This document shows, piece after piece, positions 24,093-38,807 of a stretch of DNA of 64,000 nucleotides. Under the pieces are notes generated by a model, which made no database searches, was not told where the DNA came from, and saw only the letters and a program-made list of their open reading frames with translations. How positions within the stretch are numbered: position 1 is the stretch's first letter; each line of letters begins with the position of its first letter. The translations under genes and the position numbers were made by a program. This stretch comes from Octopus sinensis (taxonomy: Eukaryota). The stretch spans positions 119,226,001 through 119,290,000 of the forward strand of contig NC_042998.1 in the NCBI RefSeq assembly GCF_006345805.1, read 5' to 3'.

Positions 24093-24634
24093 TGATCACT
24101 GCTAAGAGAAAAGACTAAGTTAACTTAGATATGATTTGAACTCATTTATCTAATATAATAATAATACAACTTTCCAGAAGAAACACATACCTATCGATTA
24201 TGATATATTTTATTTATCAAACCAAAGTCAAAGTCAAACGAAAAAAATATTGATGAAGTTGAAGTTATGAGGTTTCCGTTTACGATTACTACAGACAAGA
24301 TTATACCTTATAAGTGCTTCTAAAAGGAATCTTCTACTTGAGCGGTGGGGGGTTACAACCAGACGGTTCGATGGCAAACAAAATAAAACAAATCTTCTTT
24401 GCTGTTGTTTGGCTTCAACAATGGTGTTTTTCACCTTTTTTCAATAAGCTTTAACAATAACATCGAGTTCAATCTGAGCATGTATGACTGTACGTTTAAA
24501 GAAAAATTTCGCTTTCAATTAAGTGGTTACCAGCTCGAGTCTACTGTGTGGTAGCTTTGGCAAACATTTTTTATTACAACGCTGACTTGATCAATAATTC
24601 AATAATTTCTAAGTAGAATTGTGAATCTTTGCGT

Positions 24635-26088
24635 ATGATGATGATGGCTGTCCACTCGTGACCGAGCAAGACCGTCATTGAACACTAAAAACATGGTTCA
24701 CTCAGACAAAATTATACTTTACAATTATGGAGCTGCTTCTGACCAATGAGCCCAATTCTGAATACATACACGTCCGCAAATATTGCAGACAAACCTTTGC
24801 TTTATTCGCCACACTAGCAGTGCATTTTCGAGCAGCTCCCTTATGTTTAACATGCGAAATGCAATTCGTTTTTTTTTTTAAGCTACACATTCCTTCCTTT
24901 CCTCATTTCTGCTATTGGTGGCTATGACATTGCTTTCCCAAATAACTTTCCACATCACACATGCTTTCATTGAGGACTTCATACAATTTTAAACCGCGGT
25001 CTTTGTTTCTGATGGGGGCATTTTCCACAAACAAGTTCACCATATAGAATCTGATCATTAATCCAAAGGTGTTCAGTCCAACGTAATCGGTGTTTGTGTA
25101 CCATCGCCTCAATCCTTAAGATGTCGGCTTCCCTAAAGACTTCTGTGTCTGTATTACACAAAGCCCAGCGAATATTCATTATACGTCTCAGACATCTCTG
25201 GTTGAACCGTCCAAGGACCCTTACGTGATGCATGTGAAGGGTTTATGTCGCATGATTAAAGGAGCGAAGTCAGCACACATGCAGGGTACACAGCAACTTT
25301 TGCTCGCCTTGTGATGCTATGTTGGGGCCAGACACGAAACTCAAGAGCCGTGAAGGAATCAATTACCTTCTGAAATAATCTTTCCAGGTTAATGCTGAGT
25401 TCAAATACCTTCCAAGATGCAAAAATATGGTCCATGAGAATTAGCATATCATCAGTTGCATGAGCAACTAAGTTACAATCATCCACATAAAGATCATGAA
25501 TTGGAAACTGAAAATCTTTCGAATTGGCAGTAAATCGACACAGGTTGAAGAGACTACCAGAAGTTCGGTATCTCATATATCCAGAAGAGCAATCCACAGC
25601 AAAACATCACGACCGCGAGTAACAACAAAATACAAGGAAAAGAGAGTCGGGGCAAAAATATCACCTTGCTTGACACCATTCTCTACAGGAATGGCTACCG
25701 CCATGCCACCATTGACATTGACCCATGCCTCTATCCCATTATGAAATGATTCAATTCTCGTCACAAAATGATTCGGACAGTTTGCCGAATATTTCCCACA
25801 GAGAGGCCTTATTCACAATATCGAAATTTTTGGTTAAACCAATGAAAACCGGATAAGATTCATATTTTGCTCATAAGACTTCTACATCTGTCTTGTCGTG
25901 AAGATCATAACCATTGTTCCTCTACCAGAACGAAAGTCACTTTGAGATTCATGTAGGACATCGTTCACAGGTATTTACTCAAGCAATCAAGAAGGGTACT
26001 TGTGAGAGCCTTGCCAGCATCTGACAATAGAGCAATACCTATATGGTTGCCATACCTTATTCTGATTATTGACGAAATGATCCACCTG
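24635..26088 (-). mobile_element. Decayed RTE-clade LINE
   Basis: GIALLSDAGK, ESQSDFRSGRGT, ENGVKQGDIFAPTLFSLYF, LYVDDC, CLRRIMNIRW, RLRW; 3' end gacagcc(ATC)n. Confidence 0.92.
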
Positions 26089-26402
26089 AAATACAATGTG
26101 TGTGTGTGTGTGTGTGTGTGTTTGTGTGTTTGTGTGTTTGTGTGTATGTGTTTGTTTGTGTGTTTGTGTATGTGTTTGTGTGTGTGCGTGTGTGTGCGTG
26201 TGTGTGTACCATTTGCTGATGCATATCAGTGAGAAAGCCGTAACAACGGTGCTTTTCGAGTATAGACCATATTATATTTGTTCTGCACCAAGCTCCAGGC
26301 ATTCCTGTGTTACTCTCACCATTAGAAATGCACTGAACCAATGGCCTTCTTCCGTCGAAAGCTTGTAACCAATGCCGTCACTGTACACCATTTGCGATGA
26401 TG

Positions 26403-26463
<61 letters not shown>

Positions 26464-26466
<3 letters not shown>

Positions 26467-27020
26467 TGCCCTGATGCAGTACCAGGCAGTGGCTCTCATG
26501 GCTTCTGATCTTAACTGATTGGAAGTGTTATCATGTACATTGTTTTGTCTTGGTATAAAAGATGGGCTACAGCAATATTCTGCTCAATACCACAGATTTG
26601 CTTGTCAGTTGTTTGACCTTAACCAGTTGAGCATGTCCCTTAGTGGCTGACGATATGTGCATCTCTGATCACGAGCAGAAGTAGTGGGGGAGCATCATAG
26701 CCATGTGTTGAGAGGGATTCTTTGGGGTTTGAATAGTTCGCCTCTGGAAACATGGGTGGTTCTTTCAACATCCTTAAACAACCCTTATTCAGAGACCGTT
26801 TGAGCGGGATGGGCTACTCAACCTGAAGAAAATTCTAACTGGGCCCCACCTGCAAGGTCATGTGCTGTTTATCTTGATATGAGATCACCATGTCGCGCAC
26901 ATATGGTTGTGATGCATGTGCCTTGTGTACCTTTATCAGACGGGTAGTCATGATGGGTATATTGGGCTTCGTATATTTTACCCCAGTGTCACCTTGATGG
27001 CATGAACTGCTCTCTCACTC
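26464..27020 (+). mobile_element. About 560-bp non-coding repeat (family E) between (TAA)n tracts
   Basis: Collinear with 49126-49680 from atgccctga.gcagtac to gctctctcact, followed by aataat. Confidence 0.85.
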
Positions 27021-27212
27021 AATAATAATAATAATAATAATAATACGTAAATATGATTATACTTTCTATATTGTACTCATATTCCACATATATGTACAGT
27101 GCTGGGAGCTACACTCGTAAGATATTTTGTAGTTAATAAATTATATAATACGGCTGTTACTGTGTTTCAGGTCAAGAATGAGCTAGCAGGCATATGATCC
27201 AAAGCTATCATA

Positions 27213-27357
27213 GCCACACTGCGGCCCGCGGACTTTCTGAAAAGTTACCTTTTGGACAAAGAAAAATTACTTTGAATTTTTTTTCGATAGTGCGGCTAAC
27301 CTGAAGACAAGCCATGTCGTATTATGCCCGCTTCTCGAAAAGGGCTGCCCATGCCTG
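27213..27357. mobile_element. Probable hAT-type MITE fragment
   Basis: ctgcggcccgcgg sub-terminal motif and end gctgcccatgcctg (reverse complement caggcatgggcagc), resembling hAT TIRs. Left TIR unclear. Confidence 0.4.
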
Positions 27358-28290
27358 GTTTCCCATTACTAGTTGGCAATGCTTTAGATTCTAAAGCATT
27401 CCATCCTGTCGTTTCACGCATAGTATATCGCAGGCAACGTTATCCGTTAGGTTCTTTTTTTTTCTTTTTTTATTCTAAAGGCGGTAGAGTGTAATCTGGC
27501 AAATATTTCAAGCATGTTGAATAGCTACACATAGATACCGCCCACCACTTGCTTCCATAAAATTTTAAGAAAAATTGCCCCTAACCCATTATATCGAAAG
27601 TGGGGGGGGTGCCCTTGAAGTGTCCGACGTTATGTAATGCATCTAGTAAGTCTGATAAATATGGCTGACAGATCTAGACTTCTTCGCTATATCGCCAGTC
27701 CAGTTTAAATAGTGTATCGACCAGAATAGATTTAGATCTTTTCATAACCTTACACGTCTCTAATTATAATTATGTAGTAAACAAACCCAGTGTTTTCTCT
27801 TTGCTAAATTTCCAAGACATCACACCATAGAAAGTGTAGTTTTGAAAATGTTTCGACCCATTAAATCACCAGGAACATATTATTTGTTTCATTTGCTATT
27901 TGCAGTAGCTGGTATTATTAGTAATATTTTATGTCCGAAATACTGGCATTTCTTCTTCAGTTGACACCTACATGTCTGGCTTTTACAGATAGAGATTTGT
28001 CTCTGACATAAAGTAGTATACTTTTCTGACAGCGAAATTTGGCAAAAGGTTATTTTGCCAACTAAAGTACAAGTGATTATATTGACAGCCAGTTTCAGTT
28101 TCAGATTCTATAGAATAGAAAAATCTTGAATAGACATTGATATGGTAAAGTCTAACATATGTTGCCGATAACGTGAAAGGCCATCACAAATATACGCGTG
28201 TAAGGTTTATGTATGTACGAGTTAAATATGCATACACACGTACATACATGTACATACATATATGTCTATGTATGGATGTATGAATATATA

Positions 28291-28378
<88 letters not shown>

Positions 28379-28421
28379 AATATATGATAGATCGCCATGA
28401 TAGATCGGTAGCCACTACACA

Positions 28422-28596
28422 CATTTTCTTCTCTCCTTGTTTCTCTCCTTGTTTGTTTTTCTGTGTCCCTTTCTGTAGAAGAGCGTAGGCTTGAAGCGTA
28501 AAATACTTTTTCAATTCCTGAGCGTTATACTAATACATCTGTTTGTTTTCTACGCCGCCTATCTTCGTCTTTTGGGGTTTTTTTCTTGAACTCTCC

Positions 28597-28600
<4 letters not shown>
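28422..28600 (+). mobile_element. Solo Neptune-type terminal fragment with a degenerate HHR (28470-28503), ending at (TA)n
   Basis: ttt-CTGTAGA-a-GAGC-gtag-GCTT-GAAGC-GTA-aaa; downstream cctgagcgttatactaatac matches the 14795-14890 end. Confidence 0.75.
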
Positions 28601-28631
<31 letters not shown>

Positions 28632-30599
28632 CCATTCTTACTTTCACCCGCAAGCAAAAATACACATACATGCATACACTTGAAGCGACAAGTCGCGTAT
28701 TTGGCGTAGGAGACTATCGAAAATACAATGAATACTATCTCCAACTTTGGAGCCGCAACCATCACCCTTGTTAAGTAACTGGTTATTCTTCAGATGAATT
28801 AACGGAAGGGGCCTTTTATTTACGATCGTAGTGATTTTCGAATGAAAGTTGTATATAGCATGCAGAGAGTTGCTACAAACAACATGGCTAGACACAACAT
28901 CAACAACACAATCGAGGAACAGAACGAAAACAACAGCTCAACAGGTTAACAATTTCTTTCTAGCTGCAGTTATAGAAGAAACCGTAACTACAAAACTCAT
29001 TTCTCTTGGAGTTACGAATTGAATAATGATCTATTTGCATCCGGAATTAAATCATTTTACTGCGAGGCATCTACGCCAACATGCAACGTTTGTAGAACAT
29101 AGAAAGAAGGTTAACTACTGTAACTTTATTAACAAATCTAAATTTAACTTTCTTCCCAACTCTAGGATCTAGTATTTCTCATTCACAAAATGAGCCCCAC
29201 TTAAGTTTGCCCAGATTGCTTTCAATGTTGGTGTATCGATTCAACTCTGAATTTTGATTACGATCAACCAATAACTTTATCTAGTAAATTAAAGAATCGG
29301 ATTATTATTTGGCATTAAAGTTGAGAAATTTGGGTAATTTTAGCCAATCAGCAGACACGTGGCATTAGCAGCTTGTTACCATGACAACCACACGCTGTAT
29401 TGTGGTTAACTGCTGTCTGTGCCGCTGTTCTCTATATTGATTTTTGACACTTAATTCTTCACACCACGAGATTCCTTTCACTCGCGTGTTTTGTTTTAAC
29501 TTTTCTGTGTTAGTATAATACATATTTTTCTGTGGGTTTTTTTCTGTGTTAGTATTTTTACATATTTTTTATTTCATATATTTTGGGGACTCATTGACCC
29601 AGCTGGATTTAGGATTTTTAATTAGGAGTATTTCTTAAACCGTTAGCTTCACATTTGAACAGCTTGACTGAAATTTAACCCACGCAACAGGAACTGAGAG
29701 GGATCTCGTGGAACAGAGAAACCGTGGGTAATAGAGATAATTTGATATTATTTTTGAATTCTGCATGCAAAAACATATGAGATACAGGTATTCTTTTCCT
29801 AGGGACAAATTATTTGTTGACCACTGATATTCTTATCATAGTTTACAAATCCTAGCATGAAAACGTTACTCAACTTTGGAATTTTGGAAACATATGCCCC
29901 CTTCACATGACACACACACATGACTGCATAAATGTACATGTAAGCTTATATATGAATACATACATCCACATGCACTTATATATTAATGATGTAGACAAAT
30001 ACACGATAGGTATACATAATACTGAAATACGCATAAAGACAAATATATTAATATCACAAATTTTAAAAATAATAAAACCATACTATCAATGAAGAAAGAA
30101 AAGAAACAGTAAGATAGTATATGTTGATTTTATTAGGTATTTCTGTTTATTTAGAAACCTACATGAACAGGTCAGACGCTAAACTCTAAATTTCACAGGG
30201 TACAACCTTAAAGTTGACACTGCTTCACTAAACGCAGAAAATTTCTGTCTCGCTATTGGAATAAAAATATACAGTTTTTCGATTTTTAAACCTCTGTAAC
30301 TTCTTTCTCCAATTTTTTCCCCACCACATCATACCTTCATTATAGCCGATTTTCAGATTTTTACTGTCTTTTAAAAAATGCATTTTGCGAATGAAAAAAA
30401 AAACTAGATCCCAACTTTATAAACAAAAACGAAAATGTAAATGATATAAGACTACTACGTGGTTTCGCAGCTAGCGACATTCCAAAAGATTCCATAGTGC
30501 CCGCCAGCCAAACTACATTACTGGCTCAAGTAACTAACCACTGTCCCCCTACTACGACTATGATAAATAGCAGACATAACCGCAACGACTACAGTAGTA

Positions 30600-33352
30600 A
30601 TAGTAGTGGTAGTCAGGATTATATGCCGATGAAATTTTCCGAGGAAATATAACTTTGGATTTGAAGTATTCTCTCTGGGAGAGAATATTCTCTACCGAAA
30701 TAAGTAAAAAAAACGACCAGACACGGTATTAAAAGCTTTAAATGAAATTATTGATGAGTATTTACAACAGTGTGATGAATTTACATACTGGCAGATTAAT
30801 TCCTGTCTATATGCTCTGGCCACTACTTTAAAACAGTACATGAATGATATTCAAAAAGTAAACAAAACTGAAATAACAAAGAAAGTACCATCATGGGCTT
30901 TGAAGACAGAGAAAAAGATAACTGGTTTACGGAAGACCATCAGTCATGTAATGATCCTTATTGCATGTAAACAAGCAAATCACTATACATCCCACTAATA
31001 GAAAGTTTATTACCCTCAAGCAGTAGCTAAAAGCTGTTAGTGAATAACTCCGGCATCAGAAGAGAATAACCGAGAGAAGAACAATAAACAAATAATTTAA
31101 CCGCAACCAGGCAGCAGTATACAGAGACATGAGAGGAGGGGCAGTAAACATCACGGAGGCTCCTTCACGGGCAGACATAGACTGCTTCTAGAAGAAAATC
31201 TAGAGTGAAAAGAAGGAATTTAACCAAGATACTCTGTGGTTGGAAGAAAACAAAAAAGTTATTGTTCCTGCGTTACATCTAAGACATACAACATTGATGG
31301 TGAAACTCTTGCAATTGTGATCTAGAAACTCCAGGATGGAAAAGGACCTGGAAGAGACTTGATTGCTGGATATTGGTACAAGAAGCTAACATTCTTCCGA
31401 CAATATATTATCAATCTGTACCAGCAAGCTTTCATTGGGAACAGTAGGATACCACACTGGTTACCTCTAGCAGAGACAAAATTGATCCCCAAATGGAGAA
31501 CCACCCACATGGCAAAAAACTACTGGTTAATTGCATTCCAGAACTTAATGTATAAGATATATACAGCATGTTTAAACCTCATTCTCCTGGACCACTGAGA
31601 AATCAATAACATTATCACAGCAGAACAAGCAGCTGAGAAGAGGGGGGGTTGGGGATGTAACGAGCAATTGTTAATCAACAAAACTGTGATGTCTGAGGTG
31701 CGAGAGCATAGGAGGAGCTTAGTTTTAATGTGGTCAGACTACAAGAAAGCATTTGACTCTGTTCCCCATTCATGAGTGCTAGACGTCCTTCAAGTTGCTA
31801 AAGTTCCAATGTGAATAGTCAATGCCATAGCTGACCTGACCTCATCGTGGGCCACCATCTTGAAATTAAACACAAAGAGTTACTGTATTATCACCGATAG
31901 AATACAGTATCGAAAAACTTTCTGCATTCATTAAAACAGTGGCACACAATGTGTTTTCAGTGCCAGTACTTACACCAACATTTGGGCTGCTTTATTGGAT
32001 ACTTGATGAGATCCGAGCCGTTGATGTGAAAACCCGAACGATACTAACCAGCATACATAATTTCCACATCAACAACCTAAAACGAAAACAAGACGGAAGA
32101 GGCTTAACATCGATCCAAACTGCCTTTGAATATCGTATCATATCCCTGCAGCCATATCCTTTAACTACCAAGTGTCCAAGTGCATCCCTTGGCCAAGTTT
32201 GCATACATGTGGCTGATAAAATCATAAGATTCAGAAGGCAACTCCTTGAGCAACACTCTTTGTCTGGTAACCTAGAATACATGCCCCAAAAAGTCGCATG
32301 ACTCTACCGCAAAGTATCATCAGATGAAAAGATCAGCCTATATGGGCAGAATCCTATGCATAGATATGTCAGTAGAAAGTTCTGTGATGATAGTAACATC
32401 GATCATTAAGCCGTTTATCATGGACCAATAGCCGGATTAGTACTTCCCACTTTGAAGAGTATGTGTTTACAGTCTAGGGAAAGGAAATATCAACCAAGTA
32501 CCTGATGCACAAAAGGGATACAGAAGCGGGAAAAGCCGTAAAATGTCACAACCGATGCAGACTTTGTGGAGTTCACACTGAAGACATCACCCACATCATA
32601 AGCAGTAGTCCGAAAATGTCATCACGGTAGTATCTACCGATGAGACATGATGTTGCAGTTAAGACACCACTCTATAAGGAAATCCGTCGGAAGGATAATC
32701 CCGAGGACAAAGAAATAAGACCCCACAATATGATAGAAGCCATAGCCACTCATAATAAAAAGGAATAGTAGTGGAATGTACCAGTGAAGACCTCAATAAA
32801 ATGTAAGCGCAACAGACCTAATATAATGATTTGGGATAGAGAAGAGAAACTGTGCACAGTTGTCGAAATTAGCTGCCCAGCAGATGTTAACATAAAGCTG
32901 AAGATCAGTGAAAAAGAGAACACCTATGCTGAACTATTGAGAAATCTGCAGATACTCTATCCAGATTACAAGTTCAGGTTTATACCTGTAATTATTGAAA
33001 CCCTGGGGTATGTAACACACTGCCTAGATGCCAATCTTGAAAAATTAGGCTTCTCAAAATCAGAAAGGAGAAAAGTAATTCGTAGACTACAGATCTAATC
33101 CATCACTGGAACTGTAAAGATTAGTAAAATTTTCCAGAAGTTCATCATTTAAATATATATAAGTATGTCTATATATGCAACTATATGCATGAGAATGCAT
33201 ACATGAAATATACAAATCTGTACATACATACATACATACAAAAATACCCTGTTGTTGATGTTGAAATTCCAATGAAGGAGCCTTGGATCTAGGTTAGAAA
33301 ACGATTCTTTCTCTATTGGCCAGAAATCTTGAAATAAACTGAATAGCGACAT
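30600..33352 (+). mobile_element. Decayed R4/Dong-like LINE (RT plus CCHC plus restriction-like endonuclease) with the RT core deleted, ending in (TACA)n
   Basis: IAGYWYKKL, TKLIPK, EQLLINK, DYKKAFDSVPH, jump at about 31920 to HNVFSVPVLTPTFG, GRGLTSI, CRLCGVHTEDITHII, RHD, NRPNIMIWD..VVEISCP. Start approximate. Confidence 0.92.
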
Positions 33353-33478
33353 ACACACACACATACAAACATACATACATACATACATATATACATACAT
33401 ACATACATACATAATACATACATGCATGCATGCATGCATACATACATACATACATACATACATACATACATACATACA

Positions 33479-33508
<30 letters not shown>
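33353..33508. repeat. (TACA)n microsatellite
   Basis: Direct reading. Confidence 0.95.
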
Positions 33509-33509
<1 letters not shown>

Positions 33510-33963
33510 TAAAGTTATACTTCTAAGTGCTTGTTGTTAATGGTGAGGTAAGTCAAGAAAAAAATTTTAAATGTACAATATATCAGTTTCGTCTTTTTTT
33601 TAATTATCGAAAAGTAAGACAATTAAAGAAAATTAATAAAGTAATTGTATGAAAGAACTTTGTGTATTGCTAGATCAGGACGAAGGAGTAGTGCCCTCGG
33701 TTGTACAGGATCTTTTAGACGGGTAATATTGACGCTGTTAATGTTCCCCCTAACATTGTGTAAGTCAATACCTACTGGAATGATATGACCAGGGGGGGGG
33801 CTGGATTCAAGAACGCCGACATTCTTAGAAGGTAGAATTGTGCGTTCTACACGGGGCCTAGTGATTTGAATCGAACAACGATGATGGGAGAAAGAAGTAC
33901 GATTGAAGTGCTTAACTGTAAGCGGCATGAACCCAGACTGCTCCGAGGGTCCAATCTTATAAC

Positions 33964-34031
<68 letters not shown>

Positions 34032-34193
34032 AAGAAGAAGAAGAAGAAGAAGAAGAAGAAGAAGAAGAGAGAAGAAGAAGAAGAAGAAGAAGAAGAAGAA
34101 GAAGAGAAAGAAGAAGAAGAAGAAGAAGAAGAAGAAGAAGAAGAAGAAGAAGAAGAAGAAGAAGAAGAAGAAGAAGAAGAAGAAGAAGAAGAA
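33964..34193. repeat. (TAG)n(GAA)n compound microsatellite
   Basis: Direct reading. Confidence 0.95.
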
Positions 34194-34889
34194 AAGGCAA
34201 AGAGAAGCATGCTACCTGTACGCCAGAATATAGAGTGTGTCTGTGAGTAACTTTATGTCAATCCGTCCAGTGACCCATTTCTTGATGCAGTCTAGGATAT
34301 CCATGTGCAGCAGCAGCGGCAGCGACACGAGAACAAAAAGAAGGCTTAACTTCCGCCATTTGTAAACCACAGTTGAGTGGAACATATGTCGACAAACCAT
34401 TAACCAAACAAGAGTCTGAAAAAATATTGAAGCGTGAAGGCAAGTGTTGTAGGATTCTAAAGTCAAGGATCTAAGACAGAATGTTTGAAGATATTCTTAT
34501 TAAAGTGAGTACGGTAGCTTTCCAACAGACATTAGCTGATGACAAAGGAGATATGTTAAATATGCTAAATGGTTACCTTTCAGGTTGACATAAACGTTAA
34601 GGAAGATTATGACGATAAATGAATACATGGAAACGGGAACGAGGGGAAGATTATTGATTAAAGATTAAGCAGAATGTGGTGTAAAGATGCAAGAGGAAGA
34701 ACATTTGGTATTAAAGCCGGTTTGGTAGAAATGGGAGTAGATAAAAATGAACTTCAGTTTGAAAGATGGTATAGTAAATATAGATAAATGATATTAGTGA
34801 TCATTTTACCTGAATACATTAATAGACGTAGAACATAGTTAAAAGTTACAGCGAATAAATGATGATAAATAATCTATAATATTAAATGA

Positions 34890-35095
34890 GTGTAAGACGT
34901 TAGCACGCCGGACAAAATGCTTAGCGGCATTTCTTCTGTATTTTCGTTCTGAATTCAAAAACCACCGAGGTCGACGTTCCTTTCGTCGTCGATAAAATAG
35001 CTACCATCAATTCAACACAAGGGTCGATATGATTGACGTTTGCCATCCCTCGTAATTGCTGACCATGTGCCAATATTAAATGAATGATTCGATTA
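34890..35095 (+). mobile_element. Degenerate SINE-B
   Basis: cgttagcacgccggacaaaatgcttagcggcatttc..ccgaggtcgac. Confidence 0.8.
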
Positions 35096-35573
35096 TCTTT
35101 AGCACTGAATACATAAATATAACGTTTAGAAAAGAAAATGCCTTCTAGTTTAAATCATCTCTCTATATAGCTGTTGCTATACCACTACCTTTGAATATTT
35201 CTGTTTTAAATTACTTAAGAAACATTCCCATCCATTTAAACTCTTTGCCTTAAGCTCTTTACTATCACATTAACTTCTCGCAGTCGAAACCGAATATCAG
35301 TTTCTGTAAATTATATCTCACTTCTAAGCTAAATGACCCACTTCTTTGAAATAAAAAATAAATTGTATTCGGGTGATAAAGTATCCCTAATGAAAACTTT
35401 GAATTAATGCCCTACACCTTTTCAACTCGTTGTAAACGACATAAACATTTTATCTCCCATTCTATTAACAAATGAATAACTGTAAGTTACTGATGTAGTT
35501 TTCTGGTCAATAGTTATAATATTGAATTGTCACGCACAGGATCAGTGTAGAAAATATAATGGTATATTTATTG

Positions 35574-35608
<35 letters not shown>

Positions 35609-35627
35609 AGGTGGATATAAGTGTGGT

Positions 35628-35752
<125 letters not shown>

Positions 35753-35826
35753 ATTGTTTCACCCAGAGCAATTTGTTGTTTTCCTGGCTGTCCTTGTTTC
35801 AGTGTAGTACAACAACATAGCAGTAG

Positions 35827-36112
35827 AAGCGCAGCGGCGAACAAATGAGTAAAGCGATAGAAGACCGACTAAGCGCAGCGGCGAACAAATGAGTAAAGCG
35901 ATAGAAGACCGACTAAGCGTTTTGCGGTTGGTTATGTAAGTATACGGTCTACGTTCAAATCCTGCCAGTTTCAGTTTTCTGGTTTATTCTTCTAGAAACA
36001 TTAAAATATGTACCAGTCAAGTACCAAGGGCTTATTAGATCGACTAAACCTTCTTCTCCCATGGTGGTACTCTAACATGGCCATAGCCTAACGACTGAAG
36101 ATAATAAAAGAA
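35827..36112 (+). mobile_element. Old SINE-B-like copy with a SINE-A-type tail and a perfect 44-bp head duplication
   Basis: 44-bp unit at 35827-35870 repeated at 35871-35914; gttcaaatcctgcc B-box; tail aacatggccatagcctaacgactgaag. Confidence 0.6.
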
Positions 36113-38760
36113 TGACCGAGTAAAAAGAGAAAATGCCAAAGTTAATAGCATTGCATAAACCTTTATTGTAGTTTATTTCGTTTCTTCCCTTTAGTCATCC
36201 ACGCTCCATACTTGCCTGTTGGGAATATTGCAACGATCAACTCTTGTAAATTTACTTGAAATAGCTGGATTAATAGGAACGCTAAGCGGTTTCTCTACGA
36301 TAAAGGAGCTATGAATGGCAACGCTGTAAAATGAATGACTTTCATTCACTAGATATACTGCACAAAGGCGACGTCTGTGAGTGGTGCTTAGAGAACTTCC
36401 ATAGCAATCATTTCCACCATTTTATTAGTTTCTTACAATTTACACTCACGTCCGTGTAATTACAACTGTCTTTCAAGACAGATATTCACTATTATTGCCT
36501 TACATTTAGGGGAAGCACGTATTTCATATATTTCATATAAGTTATTCTTTTATTGATATTGCTCCATTTGGCTCTGAACACACATATATTCAAAGACTGC
36601 TATATCTGATTCGAAACATGTGCCTCTGCTAATTTTTCTTTGCGTTTATGGTTATTAAATCATGCAGTTATAGACTGCATTCTAAATATGTAACCTATGA
36701 TGCCTAAAGGAAGTAGAACCAGCAAAGGAATCTCTGTATGATCGCCCAAACTTGTAGAAATAGCAGTCAAATCTCCCTCAGATCACGCCTTAACGGCTTA
36801 AAAGGTGGCTAGAATACATTAGATAATACAGTTTGGCTCTACATACTTTTAAAATGACAATGAAAGAAAAGCTTTTGAACATAGGTTCTATGAATCAGAG
36901 ATGACGTGTGTCTAAACTAGAATAACAACAGCCACAACTCTAGATGGAAAGTTATATTGTTTCTCGTGTTTTTGTGTTTTTTCACCACTTCAAGATTCTT
37001 TTTTTTTTTAAATGTGTAACGATCATTTACATGAGTTAAATGGCACATAGGTTTGTATGAAATTTTTTAGAAAATGAAAGTCGTTGAAGTTTATACCTAA
37101 TTTAAAACTGGGTAGGAAAAGTAGATTAGATATGAGTAGGAATCAAAAGCTTGCTACAGACTTGTATAAGCAATATCATCACTAATTTGGTTGAAGCTAC
37201 ACAAAGCAAGCACATTCTAAACATTGTACTCTACTTTGCTTCTGCCTCTTCAATAGTTGTTATAACACACTTTGTTCCTTTGAATTTACTGATTACATCA
37301 TTACCATATAGTGTTTGTCTATATTTACTGGTTACAAACAGCAGGGTTACTGTAGATCATTACTCAGTCATATTAGTTTCTCTGACTTTATTGGTTATAT
37401 ACATTATCAGCATATTTTTATCTGTTCTTCTTAATGTACTGGTTACATACAAAATCATTACCATAGCACTCTTTGTTCCTCTCAAATCAACGGCTTTATA
37501 ACACTTCTTCAGAATCCAACAAATGCTCTCCTCCTTTTTTATATATTTTTCTAACATACTCATTACTGGTTACAGTAAATCGTCCCGCTAAGAGCAAATC
37601 TTCTTTATTTCTATGAATTAATCAGGAGCACCATTTTGCGTTCACTTAGACACATCTAGAAAGAAAGGGAGAAAACACTACGACTCCAATGTTAACCTCT
37701 GACCTGAGATCTGTTCTTAATGCTTGAGCAGAGTAGAAAGGTGATGGTAGCCTCCAACCGATTGAGAGATTAGCATGCGATTGTGAAACAAAATTCTTAA
37801 TCTCAAAATATTTCCTGTTTCTATATCAGTCCATATGTTCGTTTCCACGACCGATATTCCAATGATAAATCTAAAAAATTAACCTCACTGACATCATCTT
37901 GCATGAGAAGCTTCCTCAAGGCAAATTCCCTTCTTACTCACATGAACCACCTACAATTAAAACAAAATTACAATACTCAACTTTCCGCCGAAAGGAAAAA
38001 TTCAGATATTTTAATTCCATGCATCTGCAATTAGCTGAATGAATTAAAACTCTTTGATTAAAATTATAATTTCAAATCATCTCAATAAAATATTCCTGGA
38101 AATAGAAACATTCTTTATTTGTAGAACGTTCCATTCAAATACTTAAAACCTGTATTCGTGAGTGAATGAAAAGAATTATTCCAAGGACAAACTGTGGAAC
38201 GGTTTATATAAGCGTCACGCTCAAAACTAACTCAATTCTATCTTCATTATAACAAGTTCCAAGGCTCTATACAAAACATACACAGAGTATCGTGACATTT
38301 ATCGAAAGCTAACATGTTTTCGTTGAAGCAATGGTAGTTTCTTTTGCGGACAATCGTTACAACATTTTGGATTATTGTCGTAGGTGTTTCCTTAGAACTA
38401 CACTTGTGCAATGACTCTGCAAAGTAGATTGACATTACGAAACTTTAACTTTTCACTCAAAAGGTTACTTGATAATTGTATCAAAGGTTTAGAATGGCAT
38501 ACGGTACACACTTACATGGACACTTTCACGCTCGCATCTAAACATACAAACACCTAACATTCCTGCATGTATAATCGTATATTTATATCAGACAGAGAAA
38601 CATACACACACATACACACACACAAAACACACACACACACACATATATATACATATGCGCATGCAAGCAAATATACATATGCTTAGACTAACATCAACGA
38701 AAGGTTAAGTGTTTGAATAAATTGTAACATTGAACATATCGTAGATAGATAGATAGATAG

Positions 38761-38807
<47 letters not shown>

